The notes: generated from the letters alone by a model not told the origin. Shown: positions 40,161 to 53,504, counted from the first letter of the stretch. The stretch: DNA of 64,000 nucleotides from Thermoanaerobaculia bacterium (GCA_036398925.1 DASWOB010000050.1:79399-143398); one strand, 5' to 3'. Numbers and translations are program-made.

Positions 40161-41078
40161 ATGAAGTCGCTGCTCCTCGCGCTCCTCCTCGCCGCTCATG
40201 CCGCCGACGTCACCGCCGATTGCCGTCATCTCCTTTTCGCAACCGGCGATGACGGCCGTCCTTCCGCCGGATCGAAAGAGACGCTGCAGCGAGCAGTCGC
40301 CGCCGGCACGCCGATCCGCGTCTGGTGGGGCATCGACGCCGATCGCGACGGCAAACACGACGTCACGCACTGGGCCGACGCCGTGTTTCTGACGGAATTC
40401 GAGGGGGAGCTCTTCACGCAGATCACCGAGATCCGCCGGCAGTCGCCGAAGGCCGGCACGGCGCACGTGAACCTCCATCCGGAGCCGGTCCGCTGGACCG
40501 GTTCCGTCGGCACGAACGGCACGCTGGAAGGTGCCTTCGACCCGGCCCTGGGTGAGCCGCGGCAGATGAAGCTGGCCACGAAGTGGTGCGCGAACGTGCC
40601 GCCGGACTGTTCCTCCGGCTGGCGCCTGGCGTACGAGCACGATCGCGACGGGAAGGCGCTGGGCGGCTCGAAGGAGCAGCTCTTCGCGGCGGTGCGGCGC
40701 GGCTATCCCATCCGCATCGCCTGGGGGATGCGCACCAACGACGGGAAGATCTCCGTCGAGCACGCGAGCGATACCGTCTTCGTGACCATCATGAACGGCG
40801 CGGAGGTCGTCGCGCAGCTGCCGGAGCACGCCAGCCAAACCTCGTACTGGAACGCGCAGGAGGCGAACTTTGACGCCGCCGGTGTGCTGTGGCGCGGAAT
40901 GATGTCGACCACCGGCGGCTTTGACGCGGTGTTCGTGAACCGCGGCAGCGGCGAGGTCACGAAGCGCCTGCCGCAGCGCGCGCGCATGCGCTGGATGGTG
41001 CTCGCCCCGCCCGCGGAGTGCGAGACGACGGCGGCGCCGGAGCTGGCAGTGACGGGTGGGGTGATCGTGGAGAAGTGA
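40161..41078 (+). CDS. Secreted protein with an internal tandem domain duplication.
   Basis: Signal peptide MKSLLLALLLAAHAADVTADC. The two halves are alike (GSKETLQRAVAAGTPIRVWWGIDADRDGKHDVTHWADAVFLTEFEGELFTQI versus GSKEQLFAAVRRGYPIRIAWGMRTNDGKISVEHASDTVFVTIMNGAEVVAQL). Confidence 0.6.
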   Translation: MKSLLLALLLAAHAADVTADCRHLLFATGDDGRPSAGSKETLQRAVAAGTPIRVWWGIDADRDGKHDVTHWADAVFLTEFEGELFTQITEIRRQSPKAGTAHVNLHPEPVRWTGSVGTNGTLEGAFDPALGEPRQMKLATKWCANVPPDCSSGWRLAYEHDRDGKALGGSKEQLFAAVRRGYPIRIAWGMRTNDGKISVEHASDTVFVTIMNGAEVVAQLPEHASQTSYWNAQEANFDAAGVLWRGMMSTTGGFDAVFVNRGSGEVTKRLPQRARMRWMVLAPPAECETTAAPELAVTGGVIVEK

Positions 41079-41174
41079 GCGTTTCGGCGAGCTTTTCAGA
41101 CCCGTTGAACCCACGCCGGAGCCATCTGAGGTCATCTCGAGACGTGCACCACGCGTCCGCTCCCCGTTTACCGT

Positions 41175-41503
41175 TTACTGCGGACGACGCGCGCGCAGGC
41201 GGCGGATGGTCCACGCTCCGGCCGCGATCAGCAGCGCGTAAAACGCAAAATCGATCAGGAAGGCGCCCACTCGAAAGGTATCGAGGCCGAGCAGCGCGCC
41301 GCTGTTGGAGACGCTGTTGACGGGGGAAAAGTACATCGAGTCGTAGAGGTACGGCATCGGCCAGCCGCCGACGATGACGCGCGTGTAGCTGAGGCCGGGC
41401 TCGACCCCTTCGTAGGCGATCGGTTCGCTGCCGAGACGCTGCCAGGCCTCGCCGGAGATGAGGGTGGCGAAGAGGGCCAGGACGGCGATGAAGAAAGCGC
41501 GTT

Positions 41504-41507
<4 letters not shown>
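41175..41507 (-). CDS. Small membrane protein (110 aa) translationally coupled to relA/spoT.
   Basis: The GTG start at 41507 overlaps the relA stop (GTGA). Two hydrophobic segments (KRAFFIAVLALFATLI; FLIDFAFYALLIAAGAW). Confidence 0.5.
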
Positions 41508-43678
<2,171 letters not shown>

Positions 43679-43690
43679 GGCGTCTTCGAC

Positions 43691-43803
43691 GGATGGAGGA
43701 TTGGAGGATTGAGGATTGAGGAATCCCCCCTCCCCGCGTTCGCGCCGCTCATCCTCTCATCCGAACACCCCTTCCTCAATCCTCAATTCTCAATCCTCAA
43801 TCC
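43691..43803. repeat. Hairpin with arms of tandem heptamers (GGATTGA)n / (CCTCAAT)n, directly upstream of relA/spoT.
   Basis: ggatggaggattggaggattgaggattgaggaat ... cttcctcaatcctcaattctcaatcctcaatcc. It begins 12 bp from the relA start codon. Confidence 0.7.
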
Positions 43804-43925
43804 CGTCCGCCGACAGGCGCCGGGAACTTGGGCACGCTACGTGCTGCCGTGCCGATGAAGCCCACATCACCGGTCGTTGCGCGTCGCACCGCCCGGCGGG
43901 GACAAGAAAAAGGAGAGTTCGTCCT

Positions 43926-44291
43926 ATGCGTCTGTCGAAGCCCCTGTTCTTCGTAGTAGCCCTGCTCGTCATCGTCGTCGCCATTCCGGCCGTTGCCGGG
44001 CCCGCCCCCTCGAAAACCGCCGTCAACCAGAGCCTCGAGTCGCGTGAAGCGGATCTCGCGGTCGTCAGCGACGTCGTCGCCAACGAGCAGGTTGCGGCCG
44101 TTCTCGAAGCGAACGGTTTCACCAAGGACGAGGTGAACGATCGCCTCGCCAACATGAGCGCCCAGGACCTGCACCAGCTCTCGCAGAACCTCGAGCAGCT
44201 CCAGCCGGCCGGTCTCACCCGCCAGGAGTGGATCTGGATCGGTATCGGCGCCCTCGCCGCGCTGATCCTCGTCGTCGCACTCGCGGACTGA
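43926..44291 (+). CDS. Small exported protein with a signal peptide and a C-terminal TM anchor.
   Basis: An AGGAGAG RBS then the ATG at 43926. MRLSKPLFFVVALLVIVVAIPAVAG. C-terminal WIWIGIGALAALILVVALAD. The stop overlaps the next start (TGATG). Confidence 0.5.
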   Translation: MRLSKPLFFVVALLVIVVAIPAVAGPAPSKTAVNQSLESREADLAVVSDVVANEQVAAVLEANGFTKDEVNDRLANMSAQDLHQLSQNLEQLQPAGLTRQEWIWIGIGALAALILVVALAD

Positions 44292-45379
44292 TGAGCACCA
44301 CATCCACGGGCAGCATCGGGCGGGTCCATTCCTGGGCTCGCCCCCTCCTCAACCTCACGGTTGCCGGAGCCGCGTCTCTGCTGATGTCGGCCTGCGTCTA
44401 CTGGACGCCGATGTCGCATCGCCCCTCCACCGCGGCGACCGTCATCCCCGACGTCCCGATGCAGAAGTGGGACATCAAGTCGTGCGGCGCCGGGGCTCTG
44501 TCGGCCGTGCTGCGCCACCACGGCGACACCCGCACGATGGAAGAGTGGCAGGAAGTGCTGCCGAAGACGCGCGGCGGGGTGATGTCGATCGACCTCGTGC
44601 TCGCGGCGCGGAAGCAGGGCTTCGAGGCCAGCCTCGTGACCGGCGACCCGAACATGGTCGAGGCGGAGCTGCGGGACGGCCGTCCGGTGATCCTGATGCT
44701 CAAAGTGGTCGGCGCTCCCGGCAAGAGCTTCGACTTTTTCCACTACATCGTCATCGATGGGCACGACCCGATGCGCAACACCTTCCGCACGCAGTTCGGC
44801 GACGGGCGCGCGCGCTGGACGACGATGAAGCGGCTCGAGCCGGCCTGGAGGTCGACCCGACATGCCGCCATCCTGATCCGTCCCTCCGATCCGGTGACCG
44901 AGGCTCTCAGGGCCGCGGTGCGCCTCGAAGAAGACGGCAAGCTGGCCCTGGCCGCCGATGCCTATCGCACCATTCTCGAGGAACATCCCGCCGCTGTCCT
45001 GGCGTGGACGAACCTCGGCAACGCGGAGCTCCGTCTCGGACGCCGCAAGCCGGCCGAGGATGCGTTCCGCAAGGCGATCTCACTCGACGACGGCCAGGCC
45101 GATGCGCTGAACAATCTGGCGTGGCTGCTGTACGAAGAGAAGCGGATCGATGAAGCGGAGCCGCTCGCGCGGAAGGCGGTGCTCACCAAGGCGCCCGATC
45201 CGTGGATCCGGCTCGACACGCTGGCGCGGATTCTCGTGGCGAAGGGCGCGTGCGACGAAGCGCAGATGACCTTCCGTCAGGCGCTCGCCCAGATGCCGAA
45301 GGATCGCGAAGAGCGGGCGGACATCGAGAAAGCGTCGAAGAGCGCGTGCGATCACCACGATCTGGCGCAGGCCAAATAG
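44291..45379 (+). CDS. Papain-like (peptidase C39-like) cysteine peptidase domain fused to C-terminal TPR repeats.
   Basis: QKWDIKSCGAGALSAVLRHHG (catalytic Cys context) ...FHYIVIDGHD (His). TPR helices (AWTNLGNAELRLGRRKPAEDAFRKAISLD...). Possibly PA2778-family. Confidence 0.7.
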   Translation: MSTTSTGSIGRVHSWARPLLNLTVAGAASLLMSACVYWTPMSHRPSTAATVIPDVPMQKWDIKSCGAGALSAVLRHHGDTRTMEEWQEVLPKTRGGVMSIDLVLAARKQGFEASLVTGDPNMVEAELRDGRPVILMLKVVGAPGKSFDFFHYIVIDGHDPMRNTFRTQFGDGRARWTTMKRLEPAWRSTRHAAILIRPSDPVTEALRAAVRLEEDGKLALAADAYRTILEEHPAAVLAWTNLGNAELRLGRRKPAEDAFRKAISLDDGQADALNNLAWLLYEEKRIDEAEPLARKAVLTKAPDPWIRLDTLARILVAKGACDEAQMTFRQALAQMPKDREERADIEKASKSACDHHDLAQAK

Positions 45380-46188
45380 AGCCGCGAGAACTGCTCTTTC
45401 AACCCGAGCTCGCGGTCGATCTCGAAGACGCCGAACAGCTCGTGAATCGAGTGGTAGCCGGTGTGGTACAGCGCGCGGATGAGTGAGCGCCGGTCGGGCC
45501 AGAACGAGCGGTCGTTCGACACCGCGCGCCACTGCTCGTCGAGGTGCGTCTCCTGCGGCTCGGCGAACCAGCGGCCGTGGTAAGTGCGGCCGTCGTGCTC
45601 GAACGTCGTCTCCTCCGAGAGGTGCTGCGCGTGCGTGCCGTAGCGCATCGCCACCGGATCGGGCGCCACGTGCGTGTCGAGGAAAAACAGCCCGTCATCG
45701 GCGAGCAGGGTGGCCATCTGCTCGAGGTGCGCGAACGGCTGGTCGATGTGGTAGAGCAGTCCGCAGCAGAGGATCGCGTCGAATTTGCCGTCGCGCTCCG
45801 GCGAGAGCTCCTTCACGTCGCGCTGCTGAAAGCGGAGGTTGGGAAGGGCAAAGTACTCGCGGATCAGCTCGGCCTTCCGGAAGTTCTGCTCGCGCCCTTC
45901 CACGCCGACGACCTCCCACCCCTCACGAGCCATCTCCAGGGAGAGGCCGCCCTCGTTGCTGCCGAGGTCGAGGATGCGGATGCGCGGCTTCTGCACGAAG
46001 CGGCGGATGGAGGCTTTGATGGCGCGGGTGCGCTCGTCGTCGCCGATCAGGATCACCCCGGGGATGGTCGATTCCGACGTGGTGAGGGGGATGTTGTGGC
46101 CGGCCCAGCTCTCCGCGCGAATCTTCGCGAGCAGCGCCTGGTCGGGCTGCGCGAGGCGGCGGCGGATGGCTTCGTCGAAGGGCGTCAT
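45352..46188 (-). CDS. Class I SAM-dependent methyltransferase.
   Basis: The ATG at 46188 is in frame. ILDLGSNEGGLSLEMA (motif I) and DAILCCGLLYH (motif II). The listed 437-aa ORF carries a spurious N-terminal extension. Confidence 0.75.
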   Translation of the reverse strand: MTPFDEAIRRRLAQPDQALLAKIRAESWAGHNIPLTTSESTIPGVILIGDDERTRAIKASIRRFVQKPRIRILDLGSNEGGLSLEMAREGWEVVGVEGREQNFRKAELIREYFALPNLRFQQRDVKELSPERDGKFDAILCCGLLYHIDQPFAHLEQMATLLADDGLFFLDTHVAPDPVAMRYGTHAQHLSEETTFEHDGRTYHGRWFAEPQETHLDEQWRAVSNDRSFWPDRRSLIRALYHTGYHSIHELFGVFEIDRELGLKEQFSRLYLACARSW

Positions 46189-46248
46189 GAGTGCGGCGGT
46201 TCCTCGGGCGCGGGATCGTAGCGCAAATTCCGATAGCATCGCGCGCGC

Positions 46249-47370
46249 ATGTTCTCCCGCCGCGCCGACTGGCACTCCCCCACCAACGCCCTGACCCTCG
46301 CCCGCGAAGCCGCCCGTGCGCGCGGCGAGCAGCTGTTCGACCTGACCGAATCGAATCCGACCCGCGCGGGGCTCGCGTATCCGATGGACGAGATCGCGGA
46401 GGCGCTGGCGCGCGGTGCGCGTTCGTCGTACGACCCCGATCCGCGCGGGTTGCTGTCGGCGCGCGAGGCGCTGGCGGCGCAGCTGTCGTGCTCGCCCGAT
46501 GACCTGCTGATCACCGCCTCGACGAGCGAGGCGTATTCGTACCTTTTCAAACTGCTGACCGATCCGGGCGATGCGGTCCTGACCGCGACGCCGTCGTATC
46601 CGCTGCTCGAGCATCTGGCAGCGCTGGAGCTCGTGACGCTCGAACACTTCCCGCTCGAGCTGCACACGCGGTGGGAGATCGATTTTTCGCGGTTGGCTGT
46701 GTCGCCGCGGGCGAAGGCGGTGGTGGTGGTGAACCCGAACAACCCCACCGGCTCGTTCGTCTCCCCCACCGAGCAGGATTCGCTGGCCGCTCTCGGACTG
46801 CCGCTGATCTCGGACGAGGTGTTTCTCGACTACCCGCTGGAGTCGCGCGGGACGTCGATCGTGCGCGACGACGTGCTGACGTTCACGCTGGGCGGGTTAT
46901 CCAAATCCGCCGGCTTGCCGCATCTCAAGCTCGGCTGGATCCGCGTCAGCGGCCCTGCCGCCGCGCGACGCGACGCACTCGCCGCGCTCGAGCTGATCGC
47001 CGACAACTTTCTGTCGGTGGCCACACCGGTGCAGGTGGCACTGCCGGAGCTGCTGCGCATCGCGCCGCGGATTCGATCGCTGATCAGCGAGCGAACGAGG
47101 AACAACCTCGACCTCCTTTCCTGCGAGCTCGCCCCCTACCCCGCCGCCCACCTCCTGCCGGTCGAAGGCGGCTGGTCCGCTGTCATCCGCATGCCGAGGA
47201 CGATGACCGACGAAGAGCTCGCGCTGGCGCTGCTCGCGCGCGGCGTAGTCGTCCAACCGGGATACTTTTTCGATTTCGAAAGCGAAGGGTGGGTGGTGCT
47301 CTCGCTGCTGACGAAAGACGACCAGTTTGCGGAGGGAGCGCGAAGGCTGGCAGAGATGGTGCCGGGGTGA
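46249..47370 (+). CDS. PLP-dependent aminotransferase, class I/II.
   Basis: NPNNPTGSF, a SKSAGLPHLKLGW lysine region and the fold I architecture. Confidence 0.85.
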   Translation: MFSRRADWHSPTNALTLAREAARARGEQLFDLTESNPTRAGLAYPMDEIAEALARGARSSYDPDPRGLLSAREALAAQLSCSPDDLLITASTSEAYSYLFKLLTDPGDAVLTATPSYPLLEHLAALELVTLEHFPLELHTRWEIDFSRLAVSPRAKAVVVVNPNNPTGSFVSPTEQDSLAALGLPLISDEVFLDYPLESRGTSIVRDDVLTFTLGGLSKSAGLPHLKLGWIRVSGPAAARRDALAALELIADNFLSVATPVQVALPELLRIAPRIRSLISERTRNNLDLLSCELAPYPAAHLLPVEGGWSAVIRMPRTMTDEELALALLARGVVVQPGYFFDFESEGWVVLSLLTKDDQFAEGARRLAEMVPG

Positions 47371-47482
47371 AGGCTCCCCGCATCCCCGAGGAGCGCAGCG
47401 ACGTGAGGATCAACCAAGGCGCGGCGCTGCTGACGGCCGTCGGCGTCCGCGGATGAGAGCCCACACCACACCCGGGCAGCAT

Positions 47483-47583
47483 CTGGACTGCGGCAGCAAC
47501 GCTGCCGCTCTTTCCACGCCGCGGAGCGGCGCGCGGCTCCGCCGCGTATGTCATAGCGGCGGCGCTGCCACCGCAGTCCAGAT
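47483..47583. mobile_element. MITE-like element, short copy B (about 101 bp).
   Basis: atctggactgcggcagcaacgctgccgctct ... atagcggcggcgctgccaccgcagtccagat. The core is palindromic (cgccgcggagcggcgcgcggctccgccgcg). Confidence 0.55.
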
Positions 47584-47602
47584 TGTTCGCGCGTGAAATG
47601 GG

Positions 47603-47687
47603 CCGTGTGGTGTGGGCGTCCCGCCCACCCCGTCTCCAAGGCCCGTTCCCTGAAGACGGGGGGTGGGCTGGAAGCCCACACCACACG
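47603..47687. repeat. Second hairpin element next to MITE copy B, with flanking gcccacaccacac direct repeats.
   Basis: gtgtggtgtgggcgtcccgcccaccccgtc ... gacggggggtgggctggaagcccacaccacac. gcccacaccacac also occurs at 47457-47469. Confidence 0.5.
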
Positions 47688-47704
47688 CGCTATCATCGAT
47701 ACTC

Positions 47705-47893
47705 ATGACGCCAGTGATTCACAGCGATCCGGAGATCCTAAGCGGCACTCCGGTGTTCGTCGGCACGAGGGTGCCGTTCCAGGCCCTCCTCGACTACCTC
47801 GAAGGCGGTCACCCGCTCGCCGATTTCCTCGAGGACTTTCCCAGCGTCTCGCGGGAGCAGGTCGTCGCGGCGCTCGACTCGATGGCTGAGTGA
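47705..47893 (+). CDS. DUF433-domain small protein (antitoxin-like) with no intact partner.
   Basis: MTPVIHSDPEILSGTPVFVGTRVPFQALLDYLEGGHPLADFLEDFPSV matches DUF433. The downstream 90 nt encodes only a 29-aa stub. Confidence 0.6.
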   Translation: MTPVIHSDPEILSGTPVFVGTRVPFQALLDYLEGGHPLADFLEDFPSVSREQVVAALDSMAE

Positions 47894-47975
47894 TTGCGAC
47901 GAGTGACAACGGCAAGATCGACGTCCCCCGCGCCTTGATTGATCCTCACGTCGCTGCGCTCCTCAGGATGGGCCC

Positions 47976-49130
47976 ATGAAACAGCACTGGTCGCTCGACC
48001 CGAACATCACCTTCCTCAACCACGGCTCGTTCGGCGCGACGCCGCGGGTGGTGCTGGAGCGGCAGTCGCAATTTCGGGAGCAGATGGAGCGGGAGCCGGT
48101 GCGCTTTTTCGTGCGGGAGCTGGAGGCGCTGCTCGATGAGGCGCGGGAGAAGCTGGCGGCGTTCCTGAACGCGGACGCGGACGGTTTGGCGTTCGTGCCG
48201 AATGCGACGGCAGGGATCAATGCGGTGTTGCGGTCGCTCGATCTCGACAAGTTCGATGAGCTGCTGGTGACGACGCAGGAGTACAACGCGTCGGCCAATG
48301 CGCTCGAGTACGTGGCCAGCCTGGCGGGGGCGAAGGTGAAGACGGTGGAGATCCCGTTTCCGATCGATGCGGCGGAGACGGTGGTCGAGCGGGTGATGGA
48401 GCAGGTCACGGAGCGCACGCGGCTGCTGCTGATCGATCATGTCACCAGTCAGACCGCGCTGATTTTCCCGATCGCGGAGATCGTCCGGCGCCTGCAGGAG
48501 CGGGGCGTCGATACGCTCGTGGATGGGGCACATGCGCCGGGTTTTCTGCCGCTCGACCTGCGGGACCTCGACGCGGCGTATTACACCGGCAATCTGCACA
48601 AGTGGGTCTGCGCGCCGAAAGGGGCGGCCTTCCTGTACGTGCGGAAGAACCGGCGGATGTCGATTCATCCGATTGCCATCAGCCATGGGGCGAATTCGAT
48701 GCGGGAGGATCGCAGCCGCTATCTGCTGGAGTTCGACTGGACCGGGACGTTCGATCCGACGGCGTGGCTGTCGGTGCCGGCGGCGATCGACTTCATCGGC
48801 GGATTAGTGGACGGCGGTTGGAGCGAGGTCATGCGGCGGAATCGGGCCCTCGCATTGGAGGGGCGCGACATCATCGGACGGGGGAAGGCGGCGCCGGACG
48901 AGATGCTCGGGGCGATGGTGGCGATCCCGCTGCCCGACGGCAAGGCGACCAAAGCTCCGTCGCTCTATGGCGATCCGTTGCAGGATGCGCTGCTGTTCGA
49001 GGACAGTATCGAGGTGCCGATCGTGCCGTGGCCGCGTCCGCCGAAGCGGCTGCTGCGCATTTCCGCCCACCTGCACAACGAGCGCAACGATTACGTGAAG
49101 CTGGCGGAGGCTCTGCAAAGACGGCTGTAG
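47976..49130 (+). CDS. Class V aminotransferase (cysteine desulfurase/isopenicillin-N epimerase-like).
   Basis: FLNHGSFGATP, DGAHAPG and a HKW lysine region (TGNLHKWVCAPKG). Confidence 0.85.
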   Translation: MKQHWSLDPNITFLNHGSFGATPRVVLERQSQFREQMEREPVRFFVRELEALLDEAREKLAAFLNADADGLAFVPNATAGINAVLRSLDLDKFDELLVTTQEYNASANALEYVASLAGAKVKTVEIPFPIDAAETVVERVMEQVTERTRLLLIDHVTSQTALIFPIAEIVRRLQERGVDTLVDGAHAPGFLPLDLRDLDAAYYTGNLHKWVCAPKGAAFLYVRKNRRMSIHPIAISHGANSMREDRSRYLLEFDWTGTFDPTAWLSVPAAIDFIGGLVDGGWSEVMRRNRALALEGRDIIGRGKAAPDEMLGAMVAIPLPDGKATKAPSLYGDPLQDALLFEDSIEVPIVPWPRPPKRLLRISAHLHNERNDYVKLAEALQRRL

Positions 49131-49143
49131 GAGGTTTTTGCAG

Positions 49144-49749
49144 ATGAAGAAGTTTGCAGTTGTGCTGTTTGCGGCCGCCCTCGCGGCGTGCAACAGCCAG
49201 ACGGAAAACGCCGGACAGCCGGCGACGGATACCACCCCCACCACGGAAACGACCGCCACCGCGTACGACACCGCGGCCACGACCACCGGTTCGACCGGCG
49301 GCACCCTCAGCAATATGTCGCCGGAGGACAAGGAGTTCGTGATCAAGGCCGGCCAGGGGGGACTCGCGGAAGTGCAGATGGGCAATCTCGCCCTCGAAAA
49401 GGCGTCGCATGCCGACGTGAAGGCGTTCGCGCAGCGGATGGTCACCGATCACGGCACCGCCAATACGGAGCTGCAGCAGCTGGCCATCAACAAAGGTCTG
49501 AGCCTGCCGACCGAGCTCGATGCGCACCACAAGAGCGGCCTCGATCACCTGAACGGCCTCTCCGCCACCGAGTTCGACAAGGCTTACATGCAGCACATGG
49601 TCGACGATCACACCAAGACCGTGGCCGATTTCGAGAAGGCCTCCCAGAGCGCCAGCGACTCGGACGTGAAGGGGTGGGCGGCCAAGACGCTGCCGACGCT
49701 GCAGGATCATTTGCGGCAGGCGAAGGAAGTCAGCAGCAAGCTGAAGTAA
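49144..49749 (+). CDS. DUF4142-domain lipoprotein.
   Basis: Lipobox MKKFAVVLFAAALAAC. DKEFVIKAGQGGLAEVQMGNLA...FAQRMVTDH...KAYMQHMVDDH is typical of DUF4142. Confidence 0.75.
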   Translation: MKKFAVVLFAAALAACNSQTENAGQPATDTTPTTETTATAYDTAATTTGSTGGTLSNMSPEDKEFVIKAGQGGLAEVQMGNLALEKASHADVKAFAQRMVTDHGTANTELQQLAINKGLSLPTELDAHHKSGLDHLNGLSATEFDKAYMQHMVDDHTKTVADFEKASQSASDSDVKGWAAKTLPTLQDHLRQAKEVSSKLK

Positions 49750-49751
49750 TG

Positions 49752-49849
49752 CAGTTCCTCGGTTCCTCGGGTTCCTCGGAGTTCCTTGGCAGGAACCTGA
49801 GACTTGCCGAGGAACCGAGGAACTCCGAGGAACCGAGGAACCGCTTTTT
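49752..49849 (+). terminator. Repeat-built hairpin terminator of (GTTCCTCGG)n / (CCGAGGAAC)n, followed by TTTTT.
   Basis: gttcctcggttcctcgggttcctcggagttcc...ggaactccgaggaaccgaggaaccgc TTTTTC. It lies between two convergent stops (49749 on plus, 49850 on minus). Confidence 0.6.
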
Positions 49850-50614
49850 CTACTTCGCCGCGGCCGGCTCTTTCCTGGCCTTGAACTTCGCCTTCAAAAA
49901 GTCGCCGTTCATGCGGGCGATGAAATCCGTGGAGATGCTCTTCGGGCAGACCGCTTCGCATTCTCGGAACATGGTGCAGGTGCCGAAGTAGCTCTCCATC
50001 GTCTCGACCATGTTCACGGAGCGCTCCCACCGCTCGGGCTGACCCTGCGGGAGGAGGTTGAGGTGGGCCATCTTGGCGGCGGTGAAGAGGTGCGCGGCGC
50101 CGTTCGGGCACTGTGCGACGCAGGCACCGCACTGGATGCATTCCGCGGCGTCCATCGACAGCTCCTGCACCTGTTTCGGGATCAGGATGGAGTTCGCTTC
50201 CGGCGCGCTGCCGGTATTCATCGAGATGTAGCCGCCGGCCTGCACGATCCTGTCGAGCGGGCTGCGGTCGACGATCAGGTCTTTGATGACCGGGAAGGCG
50301 CGCGCGCGCCACGGCTCGACGACCACCTCGTCGCCATCCTTGAAATGGCGCATGTGCAGCTGGCAGGTCGCGGTGCCGCCCATCGGGCCGTGCGCGACGC
50401 CGTTGATCATCATCCCGCAGGAGCCGCAGATGCCCTCGCGGCAGTCGTGCTCGAAGTGGATCGGATCTTCGTTCTTGTCGATGAGGCCTTCATTGACGAC
50501 GTCGAGCATCTCCAGGAACGAGGCGTCGGGGCTGATGCCCGTCGCTTTGTAGGTCCGGAAGCCGCCTTCGGTGTCGCGCGTTTTCTGACGCCAGACGTGC
50601 AGGGTGAGATCCAT
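49850..50614 (-). CDS. sdhB: Succinate dehydrogenase/fumarate reductase iron-sulfur subunit.
   Basis: [27 protein letters not shown] and [12 protein letters not shown] cluster motifs. An AAGGAG RBS. Confidence 0.9.
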   Translation of the reverse strand: MDLTLHVWRQKTRDTEGGFRTYKATGISPDASFLEMLDVVNEGLIDKNEDPIHFEHDCREGICGSCGMMINGVAHGPMGGTATCQLHMRHFKDGDEVVVEPWRARAFPVIKDLIVDRSPLDRIVQAGGYISMNTGSAPEANSILIPKQVQELSMDAAECIQCGACVAQCPNGAAHLFTAAKMAHLNLLPQGQPERWERSVNMVETMESYFGTCTMFRECEAVCPKSISTDFIARMNGDFLKAKFKARKEPAAAK

Positions 50615-50640
50615 TGTTCGCTAGCTCCTTGCGTCCGAGT

Positions 50641-50745
50641 GAAGGGCCGAGGGCCGAGGGCTGAGGGCCGAGGGGGCGCAGGGCGAGTGCGGGGCAGCCG
50701 CGCCGCGGCTCCCTCGGCCCTCGACCCTCGGCCCTTGGCCCTCGC
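50641..50745. repeat. Intercistronic hairpin between sdhA and sdhB with arms of tandem (GGGCCGAG)n.
   Basis: gaagggccgagggccgagggctgagggccgagggg ... ccctcggccctcgaccctcggcccttggccctcgc. It ends at the sdhA stop and lies 25 bp upstream of the sdhB start. No U-tract follows. Confidence 0.7.
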
Positions 50746-52658
<1,913 letters not shown>

Positions 52659-52659
<1 letters not shown>

Positions 52660-53369
52660 CAGTCCAACCTCACGACTCGGGCGAGCACGGCCAACGGAAA
52701 GGAGACGTTGCCGGCGGTGATCAGGACGGCAAAGGCAGTGGCGAAGTGGCGGCGCAACCCCTCGAAACGGGGATTCGTCAGCCCCAGGGAGGAGAACATC
52801 GCCCAGAGACCGTGGTAGAGATGGAGGCCGAGAGCGAGGTTGGCAATGATGTAGATGGCAGACACCCACCAGACGTCGAGTCCAACGACGACGTTCTGCT
52901 TGACCTTGCCCGCTTCGAACGCCGGATGTGCATGGCCGGTGGTCAGATGCAGCACGTGATAGATGATGAAGAGGAGGAGGATCACGCCGCCCCATCGCAT
53001 CGTCCGCGATGCGTAGCTCGCCTTCACGAAGCCGCGATCGCGATAGCCGACGGGCCGCGCCTCGCGATTTTTCCTCGTCAACGCGTACGCCGAATGGATG
53101 TGGAAGACGACACAGACCAGCAGCAGGATGCGCGTGAACCAGAGCAGTGCACCTTCGGGCGCGATCGGCGCACCGAGCTCCCGCAGACCGACGGCATAGT
53201 GGTCCATGGCCGGGGCCATGACGCCTTTCGCATTTTCGTGATCGTGGAGGTACAGCTTCACGTTCCCCAACATGTGGAGAAAGATCCAGCCGAAAAGGAT
53301 CACGCCGGTAGCCGCCATGACCGCTTTCTTGCCAATGCTAGAGCGGTAAAAGTTCCCGAACCAAGTCAT
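52659..53369 (-). CDS. sdhC: Succinate dehydrogenase cytochrome b subunit (Bacillus/type-B-like, 5 TM).
   Basis: Hydrophobic helices carrying His residues ([33 protein letters not shown]). First gene of sdhCAB. Confidence 0.8.
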
Positions 53370-53447
53370 TCGGAGCTCACCTCGCGTTGGGTGTTGCAGT
53401 GAGGATGCGTTGGGGTGATGCGCGTAACGCGCGCCATATGCGGCGCC

Positions 53448-53475
53448 ATCATAGTCACCATGGGCGTACGGTCAA
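53448..53475 (-). promoter_or_regulatory. Candidate sigma70 promoter for sdhCAB.
   Basis: Minus strand TTGACC-N16-TATGAT, about 75 nt upstream of the sdhC ATG. Confidence 0.45.
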
Positions 53476-53504
53476 GTTGACGAGCGAGAGCAGGGGGATG
53501 TGAC

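Noticed and set aside
45352-46665. N-terminal 159 aa of the methyltransferase ORF, the N-terminal 112 aa of the sdhA ORF (50746..52995), and the N-terminal 286 aa of ORF 60925..62409
   Set aside because: Arg-rich low-complexity extensions overlap neighbouring real genes (the aminotransferase promoter region, sdhC and ahcY respectively). In-frame ATGs with RBS-like sequences give sensible protein N-termini.
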